From Candidatus Parvarchaeota archaeon (GTDB taxonomy: Archaea; Nanobdellota; Nanobdellia; WJKC01): a stretch of 64,000 nt of DNA. The position numbers and the translations under genes are program-made. The notes beneath the pieces were generated by a model, which saw nothing but the letters and a program-made list of their open reading frames with translations, had not been told where the DNA came from and did not search any database. Positions 56,989 through 64,000 of this stretch are shown here, in pieces; the stretch's first letter is position 1, and each line of letters begins with the position of its first letter. The DNA lies in the NCBI GenBank assembly GCA_030615175.1, contig JAUWZX010000001.1, forward strand, positions 460,044 through 524,043. Reading direction: 5' to 3'.

Positions 56989-58122
56989 TTAAGCGTTTGC
57001 TAAAATGTCTTCAATAATGCTTGGTCTTGATATTTCCTTATAATGCTTTCCGAACTCTTCAATGCATAATCCGTCCATTACTTGCTCGCTTCTGGCATAG
57101 TAATCATTCCATTCACTTACTGCTTCATCTATTTTATCACCATATCTTTCTTTCACTGGACCGTAAGGACCAATCTTTAATATATGCATGAAAGGAATTA
57201 TCTTCCTGCCATAATCCTGCGCTAATTCATTCATAAAGCCTTCAAGTGTTTCAGGATTTGGATTAATAATGTATGCATAAGTCCTGATTCCATTACTTAA
57301 TAATTTCTTAAAAGTGTATAATTGCTCTTCAAGCAATTCCCTTCCCTGCTCCGCGTTTCTTCCTATATTACGAGCCAGGTTCTCCGGGTCGCTTCCCTTA
57401 AAGCAGTAAAGAACGTTGAAATTCTTATACTTGCTTACTTGTTCAAATAAGTCTTCTTGCATTTCCTTGTTCTTAATCCATCTGTTCCATGCATGACCTG
57501 TTGTGCCGTTACAGTCAGATTGTACTGATACTTTCTTGCTTAAACCATATTCTTCCAATAATTGCAGTACTTCAAGCCATTGTTCAGGCGCTAAAGTTGG
57601 TTCTCCTCCACTAGGCCTGAATTGATTCAATGCTACTCCTTCATCATTTTTTCTTTCACGGAATTTAATGAATGAATCAATTATTTCACGCATACTGAAG
57701 TATTCAGCCCCATGGTCTGCTCTGCCATTATTATTGAACCTGTCTACGAAACAGAACTTGCAGTTAATATTGCATCCTTTTAATTGGTAGATGAAAACGT
57801 TAGTGTATTCTTCTATTATTTCTCTCGGCACGTCCTGCAATCTTGCAGTGTTGTACGCACCTGTCGATTCTATTGCCCAGAAATCCATGTCAAAAGGTAA
57901 TACTTGATTATTCTTTGTTGCAAAGTACTCGTCAAGCTGGTAGTCCTTCAAGTTTGTTTTAACTCTGAAGAAGTCATTAATGCTTCCCTTGACATTGCCT
58001 TTAGTTTTATCCAAGTCCTTCTGCTGCTCGCTGCCTGCAAAGTTAGTTAATAAGTACTTTCTAACACCGTCTTCAATCTTCATTACTCTATGCCTTAAAA
58101 GTGTTGGTAGTGTCCTCGTCAT
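56989..58122 (-). CDS. Radical SAM protein (paralog 1)
   Basis: YQLKGCNINCKFCFVD, RPSGGEP; strong AAGGAGG SD. Confidence 0.9.
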   Translation of the reverse strand: MTRTLPTLLRHRVMKIEDGVRKYLLTNFAGSEQQKDLDKTKGNVKGSINDFFRVKTNLKDYQLDEYFATKNNQVLPFDMDFWAIESTGAYNTARLQDVPREIIEEYTNVFIYQLKGCNINCKFCFVDRFNNNGRADHGAEYFSMREIIDSFIKFRERKNDEGVALNQFRPSGGEPTLAPEQWLEVLQLLEEYGLSKKVSVQSDCNGTTGHAWNRWIKNKEMQEDLFEQVSKYKNFNVLYCFKGSDPENLARNIGRNAEQGRELLEEQLYTFKKLLSNGIRTYAYIINPNPETLEGFMNELAQDYGRKIIPFMHILKIGPYGPVKERYGDKIDEAVSEWNDYYARSEQVMDGLCIEEFGKHYKEISRPSIIEDILANA

Positions 58123-58216
58123 ATCCCTCTCCCCTCCTTAAATTAATTTAGAATCTTTTAGTATGAACTGTTTTAAATTCATTTATTTAATCTAAAATAC
58201 TCTTTAGAAAATGGTA

Positions 58217-59020
58217 TTAAATTAATCCAAGCTCTTTTGCAAAGTCAAAGGCTTGTTTGCGCTCCCTGCAAGGAGGACACCAGTCATTGTATGGAATGCC
58301 TTGCTCCGCGTGAGTTGGTTTAGGATTCCAGCAAGAGTAACTTGCATTAATCGCGTTAATATAGTCTTCTGGCGCGCAGTCAATAGCGAGCGCTAAAGCT
58401 TCATTCTTAGATAAGCCGAGCCAAAGGTAAGGCATGTAGCAATGAACTATATTACCCTTAACTTGAACGTCATACAATTGGTTAAGTAATTTATAATTCT
58501 TAACATCCCCATCTCCAAAGCTCTCATCAGTAGTTACGTTGCCGTTGCTTAAGATTGTGAATACAGGGTCATCATCTTCTCTGTACCTATCATCATTCAG
58601 GCATCGGGCTAGTTTATAGCATTCATCCATCATACTAATATTGCGCAGAGTGTACACTGACTTAGTTGATGCTTGCTTAGCGGATTCCTTATTCTTGAAA
58701 GTTTCTTTAATATACTTTGACGGGATAGGCATCACGTACTCTATTAATTTAAGCACTGAGTCAGGATATACTTCTGAAGCAATACTTAATACTTTTGTAA
58801 TAGCTGTTTTTTCCTGTTCATAATTGCCCTGCCCTCTGTTAAAGAATACTGGCTGTATTTTATCAGCGCCGAAGAATTTCATTACTGGTATTACTCCTAC
58901 AGAATCAAGACCTCCTGAAATGCAGTGCACTACGCTTGCATTCTTTAGCATTCTTCTCGCGTGCCTGATTCTGCCTTCAAGTCCTTCCTTATTCTTGAAA
59001 TATTCATGCATTAAAACCAT
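58217..59020 (-). CDS. Divergent QueC-like PP-loop ATPase (7-cyano-7-deazaguanine synthase family)
   Basis: SGGLDS, RGQ...E, LRN, SK, SYSC...CPPCRER. Confidence 0.82.
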   Translation of the reverse strand: MVLMHEYFKNKEGLEGRIRHARRMLKNASVVHCISGGLDSVGVIPVMKFFGADKIQPVFFNRGQGNYEQEKTAITKVLSIASEVYPDSVLKLIEYVMPIPSKYIKETFKNKESAKQASTKSVYTLRNISMMDECYKLARCLNDDRYREDDDPVFTILSNGNVTTDESFGDGDVKNYKLLNQLYDVQVKGNIVHCYMPYLWLGLSKNEALALAIDCAPEDYINAINASYSCWNPKPTHAEQGIPYNDWCPPCRERKQAFDFAKELGLI

Positions 59021-59078
59021 TTTAAAGAAAAGTTAGTAATAAGTATTTCTATGAATTATTATATATGTTTAAGAATCC

Positions 59079-60185
59079 TTAGTAGCGGTTCATTTTAGGA
59101 ATAAGTTCAGAAATTTTTGCTCCAGCAACGCATATTACATTATCCGCTCCCCCATAATAAACAATGAGTTTATCACTCTTGTCCAAAACTTTATTTGAAT
59201 CCTTGTATCTTGGAACTGCTCCGCAAGTAAATACTACATGATTTACCCAGCCATACTTTTCATACTCCTCTTCCGGCTCTAAGATTGGAGGCGAGACGTA
59301 AAGCTTCTTAGAAGGGTCTTTTAAGTCAAGAAGCATTGTGAATAAGAAGTATTTATGATTTTGTAAAACACCACTTTTAGCCAGAGAATCTTTTTTACCT
59401 CCTCTATCCACTATTTCTTTTCCATGACAGATAATCAGCCATCCATATTTTGTCTTTATTACCTGCGCTCCTGCACCAATTTTATCGCAGCCTTTTGAAC
59501 CAATATCTTTTGCCTTCAGTAAAACATCCCCCACCCCGCCTGTCCAGGGGAACTTTAATTCATCAGCATAAGTTATGCGCATATCTGGGTATGGGCGATG
59601 AATTAGTACATATTTATTATTAATTTTTTCTGGTATGAGCACCCCATCCTTATTGTAACCTTTAAAAGCAAGCCCTTCTTTATTCCATGCCCTGGTCCAT
59701 TCTTCAGTGCCGGCACATTTATCTGCTAGGGAAATAAATTCATCTAATGCGATTGAGGCAAAAGCTAATTGTGATTCACCACCTACATTACGATTACCGC
59801 TATTACCGGTATAGGAGACGTAAAGTCTGTCATTGAACACTCCTAACATATGAGGGTCTTCACAACCTCCTTTTTCATAAGGAAGTTTCTTATAAATTTC
59901 ATCTGTAGGTAATTCGTATTCTTCAGTAGGTATAAAAATAGGATTATCAAGTCTATTGTCAATATTTATTCCATCTTTACTTGTGGCAAGACCCCAGCGG
60001 GAAAGCATGTCCTTCTTGCCTATGGCCCTGTAGATAATGTAGGTTAATCCTTTTCGATAAGCGCCGCAGTTAAAAACAAGTTTTGATTCCCATTCATGAT
60101 TTTCTATTGGTTTAAGAATTGGATTCTTTAAAATCCGACTTAACCCGCTCCTAACTGATTTTATCATGGTGTTCTCCTCATTCAT
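59079..60185 (-). CDS. GH130 glycoside hydrolase/phosphorylase (beta-mannoside)
   Basis: NPIL-P...WES..VFNCGA, YRA, GCEDP, NKDG, PEKINNKY..HRP, PE..YE..G.V..VVFTCG, YYGGAD. Confidence 0.9.
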   Translation of the reverse strand: MNEENTMIKSVRSGLSRILKNPILKPIENHEWESKLVFNCGAYRKGLTYIIYRAIGKKDMLSRWGLATSKDGINIDNRLDNPIFIPTEEYELPTDEIYKKLPYEKGGCEDPHMLGVFNDRLYVSYTGNSGNRNVGGESQLAFASIALDEFISLADKCAGTEEWTRAWNKEGLAFKGYNKDGVLIPEKINNKYVLIHRPYPDMRITYADELKFPWTGGVGDVLLKAKDIGSKGCDKIGAGAQVIKTKYGWLIICHGKEIVDRGGKKDSLAKSGVLQNHKYFLFTMLLDLKDPSKKLYVSPPILEPEEEYEKYGWVNHVVFTCGAVPRYKDSNKVLDKSDKLIVYYGGADNVICVAGAKISELIPKMNRY

Positions 60186-61084
60186 AACTTATTTAAAAAA
60201 GGTCCTTTAATGTAATTAAGGTTTATTTCAAAATAAATCTTGACATTGTATTCTTTCTCCAAGCTTAATGCTTTTCGAATGGTTTCTACAGTGACTTGTG
60301 GGTTAAACGCGCCAGGACTACTTCTTAACCAGAAACAGCAATTCCTAATACGATGTTTTTCAGCAAATCTTAAAACTTTATCCCAGTTTTCTTCATGAAT
60401 TTCTGGGCTTACACTGTAGATAATGTTGCCTAATCCCTTTACATGTTTTTTAATACTTTTATCAATTCTGCATCCAGGTTTCCTGTACCTTGCTAAATCT
60501 ATGTTTAATTTGATTTTTGGATTATTTCTTACTTTAGCGAAGAAATAATTTTCAGCTCCAATTTGGTAACTCCTGTCTTTGCCTGTAATATTGATTAACG
60601 TGAAATCAATACTTGCTTGATTCACTAATTCAAGGACCTTATCAGTCACGATAGAGTATAATCCATCATTTTTTAATTTAATGTCTATCTTTGGATAAGT
60701 CTCATGTCCTTCGAAAAGACTTAAAACTTCTTCTAATTTATCTAATGGCTCTTGCGGTGGGTGTCCTGTTTTAATGATGCCGTTAATTGACATTACGTCA
60801 AATTCGACAAAAATCGGCTTTAAATCAACAGCCTCTTGTATGGCTTTCAACGAATTTTGCTTGGCATGAGCATCAAGACCTCTGTGTACTCCGAATCTTT
60901 GCTCAATTGTCATTCTGATGAATAAATTATAAGTAATATTCTGTCCGTCATTTTCATCACTAACTGCCCGCAAATACGTTTTGGGTTTGCCTTCTTTATC
61001 ATACTTCCTGAAACGCTTGCTATTCGCTTTCTCAATCTTCCTTAATTGTTCAAGCTGTAACATTCTTTCAAGCCCAACCATCAA
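60182..61084 (-). CDS. PLC-like phosphodiesterase TIM barrel (GDPD or FAM151/DUF2181-like)
   Basis: VHRG...NSLKAIQEA...VEFDV...GHPP...KIDIK; true start may be MTIEQ (about 60913). Confidence 0.6.
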   Translation of the reverse strand: MMVGLERMLQLEQLRKIEKANSKRFRKYDKEGKPKTYLRAVSDENDGQNITYNLFIRMTIEQRFGVHRGLDAHAKQNSLKAIQEAVDLKPIFVEFDVMSINGIIKTGHPPQEPLDKLEEVLSLFEGHETYPKIDIKLKNDGLYSIVTDKVLELVNQASIDFTLINITGKDRSYQIGAENYFFAKVRNNPKIKLNIDLARYRKPGCRIDKSIKKHVKGLGNIIYSVSPEIHEENWDKVLRFAEKHRIRNCCFWLRSSPGAFNPQVTVETIRKALSLEKEYNVKIYFEINLNYIKGPFLNKL

Positions 61085-61211
61085 AGGAGTATTTATGTTT
61101 ATACTCTTTTAAATAGTTTCTCATCACAGTTGAATAGAAATCTTTATAAAAAAAATTAATAAATAGTGATTCCAAGCAGAGTAATCAAGAAATATTTTCT
61201 TTCCATAAAAT

Positions 61212-61268
61212 TTATAAAGAATTTAAAACTTTCTTCTTCTTTTTAGGAGCCTTTTTCTTTTTCACCAT
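61212..61268 (-). pseudogene. Short Lys-rich ORF or probable gene remnant
   Basis: GAGGTG SD plus MVKKKKAPKKKKKVLNSL*; a hydrophobic stretch continues in another frame. Confidence 0.3.
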
Positions 61269-61355
61269 CTTTAATTAACACCTCAATAATTATTGTTGCG
61301 CATAAGACTATAGATTTGAATAAATTTATATATGAAGTGAATTATCAAGTGATGA

Positions 61356-62336
61356 ATGATGAGTGAAGCGTTAATAACCGGGGCTAATGGGTTTTTAGGT
61401 TCTCACTTAACTGACTTATGCATTAGCAAGGGCTTCATTGTTCACGCATTAGTAAAGCCAGGAACATTACTTGATAATTTAAGCCAGCATAAAGGCAGTG
61501 ATAAATTAATGATTCATGAATGCGACTTAACTAATAATGATTTATTGAGTGAAATAATTAAGGATTCAAAACCTGGATTAATTTTTCATTTCGGAGCTCA
61601 GCCTCACGTGATTCCTTCATGGAAGGATCCTGCTGGCACAATAAATGTTAATGTTATTGGAACCATAAACGTGTTCGAGCCATTGAAGAAGTATAAAATT
61701 AATGCTCGAGTCATCATTGCTTGCTCCAGCGCTGAGTATGGTTCAACTGCAAAGCTTAATCGCCCGCTAAGAGAGTCAGACCCTTTATTGCCATTGCATC
61801 CTTATGGGGTTAGTAAGGTTGCGGCAGAACTGCTTGCGCGCCAGTACTTCATTAACTTCGGTATTGAAGTGATTAACTTAAGATTCTTTAATCAGACAGG
61901 GCCTAGGAAGGTTAATGATGCCTGCTCTGACTTTGTGAGGGCTGTTGCGAGGATTGAGTTAGGCTTGGATGAGCCGGTAATCAGGGTTGGTAATCTAAAC
62001 TCTTTCCGCGACATTACTGGTGTTCAGGATTCAGTTAAGGCAATTTGGCTGGCAGCCAGTAAAGGAGTGCCAGGCGAGACGTATAATGTCTGTTCTGGCA
62101 GGAAGATTCATGTCAAGAGTGTGTTAAACACTGCTTTGAGTTTCTCATCTAAGAAAATAAAAGTGGTTGAGGATTCTCCTGTTAAGTTAAGGAAGACTGA
62201 TGAGGATGTAATAATTGGTGATAATTCAAAGATTACTGCCTTAGGCTTTAAAGTCTCCCAATCCATTAATGAATTTTTAAAGGACATGTTTGATTACTGG
62301 ATTAAGTATTACAGTAATGAATTACATGCTTCTTAG
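61356..62336 (+). CDS. GDP-mannose 4,6-dehydratase / GDP-6-deoxyhexose reductase-like extended SDR
   Basis: ITGANGFLGS, SSAEYG, PYGVSK, RFFNQTGPR, VGNL...RD. Confidence 0.88.
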   Translation: MMSEALITGANGFLGSHLTDLCISKGFIVHALVKPGTLLDNLSQHKGSDKLMIHECDLTNNDLLSEIIKDSKPGLIFHFGAQPHVIPSWKDPAGTINVNVIGTINVFEPLKKYKINARVIIACSSAEYGSTAKLNRPLRESDPLLPLHPYGVSKVAAELLARQYFINFGIEVINLRFFNQTGPRKVNDACSDFVRAVARIELGLDEPVIRVGNLNSFRDITGVQDSVKAIWLAASKGVPGETYNVCSGRKIHVKSVLNTALSFSSKKIKVVEDSPVKLRKTDEDVIIGDNSKITALGFKVSQSINEFLKDMFDYWIKYYSNELHAS

Positions 62337-63227
62337 TTTTCTTATTCTTTTATTTATTGGCGGGTGAGTGCTGAATAAGGAGTCTGCTCCTAACTTCTTT
62401 AACGGGTTTGATATGAATAAGTGCATTGTTGCCTTGCTAATCTTCATCCGCCCCTTGTTTTCTGTTTTAATCATTTCCAGCGCGTCAGCTAACCCGTCAG
62501 GATACCTTGTTATTAGTGCTGCTGACGCGTCAGCCAAGTATTCTCTTTTCCTGCTAATAGCTAATTGTATTAACTTCATTAGTATCGGAGTGATTATTGC
62601 AAGTATTAATCCAATAATCACTATTATGCCTGCGCCCTTGCTGTCCCTGTCACTACTGCTTCTGCCCCTCCAGAAGAAATTCCTTAATAATAATTCACTG
62701 ATAATGACTGCAGTGCCTACAAGTACTGACACCAGGGTCATGAATCTTATGTCATAATTCTTTATGTGGCTTAACTCATGCGCGAGCACTCCTTCTAATT
62801 CTAGTTTGTCAAGTTTCTCTACAGCGCCTTCAGTTAATCCAATAACTGCATGCTCGTAGTCCCTTCCTGTGGCGAACGCGTTGATTTCAGGGCTCTTAAT
62901 TATGTATAACCTTGGCATTTTCATGCCTGCTCCAATGCATAATCCTTCAAGCAGGTCTAATGCCTTCTTGTGATTTACTGGATGCGCTTTCTTTGCATTA
63001 ACTGCTTTTAACACTATCTTGTCACTGTAGTAGTAACCAATTATTGATGACAGCATTGCGAATATGATTGCAATAATGAATATGGTGAACGCTAAGTCAG
63101 GGTGGTATGTATAACCGAATACGTAGCCGAGCGCTCCAATCCCCAGCACGATTAGAATGGCTAGCAGGAATGAAAGCCTTTTATTATTCGCTATCTGGCC
63201 GTACACATCTACTTTTTCATGTTTCAT
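62322..63227 (-). CDS. htpX: Zinc metalloprotease HtpX (M48)
   Basis: NAFATG, AHELSHIKNYD, SRKREYLADA, STHPP. Confidence 0.95.
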   Translation of the reverse strand: MKHEKVDVYGQIANNKRLSFLLAILIVLGIGALGYVFGYTYHPDLAFTIFIIAIIFAMLSSIIGYYYSDKIVLKAVNAKKAHPVNHKKALDLLEGLCIGAGMKMPRLYIIKSPEINAFATGRDYEHAVIGLTEGAVEKLDKLELEGVLAHELSHIKNYDIRFMTLVSVLVGTAVIISELLLRNFFWRGRSSSDRDSKGAGIIVIIGLILAIITPILMKLIQLAISRKREYLADASAALITRYPDGLADALEMIKTENKGRMKISKATMHLFISNPLKKLGADSLFSTHPPINKRIRKLRSM

Positions 63228-63282
63228 ATTAATTAATTCTTAAGAGTAATTAGTTATTAAAATCTTTGTGTGGAAAAGGAAT

Positions 63283-63864
63283 TTAAGCTTCAGGGAATCT
63301 TACTTTTGGCACAGCCCTTTCTGCTGCTTCAATTTCTAAGTAAATCTTAGTCTTCCTTCCGCCTGCGAAGAACTTGCCTGGAATAGTTGTAATCATGTTA
63401 TTGTAGCGTAGCACTGAGTCATTGTAGAATTGTCTTGCGTAAGCAATTTTATTCTCTATTGCTGCTAACTCATCCTGCAATGCCTTGAAGTTCTCATTAG
63501 CTTTAAGGTTCGGGTAATTCTCTGCTATCGCAAATATTGTTTTCAAGGCGCTGGTTAATTCATTGCCTGCCTTAACTTTTGCTCCAATGTTGCCTGCTTT
63601 CATCATTCGCTCGCGTGACTGAGTTACCATTTTAATAGCATTCTTCTCATGTTTCATATAACCTTTAACTGTTTCAATTAAGTTAGGCACTAAGTCAGTT
63701 CTTCTCTTTAATTGAACGTCTATCTGGCTCCATGAATTACTTATCCTGTTGCCAAGAATCACTATTGAGTTCCAGTAGTAAATCGCTATGCCAACAAGCA
63801 CTAATACGCCTACTATTGTTAGTCCAATAATCCATTCAATCATTGACTCAAGTGAAGTCAGCAT
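63283..63864 (-). CDS. lemA: LemA family protein
   Basis: WSQIDVQLKRR.DL.PNL, ENYPNLKANENF, ARQFYND; adjacent to htpX. Confidence 0.96.
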   Translation of the reverse strand: MLTSLESMIEWIIGLTIVGVLVLVGIAIYYWNSIVILGNRISNSWSQIDVQLKRRTDLVPNLIETVKGYMKHEKNAIKMVTQSRERMMKAGNIGAKVKAGNELTSALKTIFAIAENYPNLKANENFKALQDELAAIENKIAYARQFYNDSVLRYNNMITTIPGKFFAGGRKTKIYLEIEAAERAVPKVRFPEA

Positions 63865-63901
63865 ACTTATTTAAGTTTTTCTTGACTTACATTTTTTTAA
63901 A

Positions 63902-64000
63902 ATGAACATCCTGCATGTAATTAAAAGGGTTAGATTAATGGTTGGGGAGCGCGAGCCTTACGCGTTTAAAAATCCTTTCCGCGTGTTAATAACCACGGTT
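63902..64000 (+). CDS. nth: Probable endonuclease III (5' fragment; runs off window)
   Basis: Manual translation MNILHVIKRVRLMVGEREPYAFKNPFRVLITTV; the PFxVLIxT motif typical of the Nth N-terminus. Confidence 0.6.
   Translation, partial: MNILHVIKRVRLMVGEREPYAFKNPFRVLITTV

Noticed and set aside
54820..58122. Radical SAM genes as QueE, viperin or RaSEA
   Set aside because: The motifs end in C(F/Y)VD rather than the QueE CDT, and I could not see viperin or RaSEA signature segments, so they are left unassigned.
58217..59020. Assigning the gene symbol queC
   Set aside because: Several QueC signature motifs and one Zn ligand are altered and partner genes are absent from the window, so canonical function is not supported.

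Overview
Low-GC archaeal DNA, most consistent with a DPANN (Nanoarchaeota-like) genome; this is inferred from the N-terminally extended S14, Lys-tailed L32e, short L15e and DPANN-type Cys-rich surface proteins. 1-9.8 kb is the minus-strand S10/spc ribosomal protein operon (L3 to L19e), interrupted by a translationally coupled HD-domain gene between L32e and L19e. 10-36.6 kb is mixed housekeeping and hypothetical genes, including an intron-containing tRNA-Ser(GGA), a dGTPase-like protein, DeoC, parvulin and L15e. 36.6-45 kb is an accessory island. It opens with a C/D-box sRNA and contains a HEPN (ApeA-like) gene, two attC-like long hairpins, and unrelated single genes separated by a degenerate, foldable 37-nt repeat abutting their stop codons, which looks like a non-canonical gene-cassette array with no recombinase in the window. 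45-59 kb holds two about 79%-identical HTH-(inactive NUDIX) regulators with a candidate CTCAA-N6-TTGAG operator, a 2087-aa Cys/Trp repeat surface protein, and a QueC-like / radical SAM / ASCH / HTH-NUDIX / radical SAM cluster that may be an undescribed nucleobase-modification or defence system. The window ends with mannose-related genes, htpX-lemA and the start of endonuclease III. All calls come from reading the sequence by eye; no database searches or folding programs were run.
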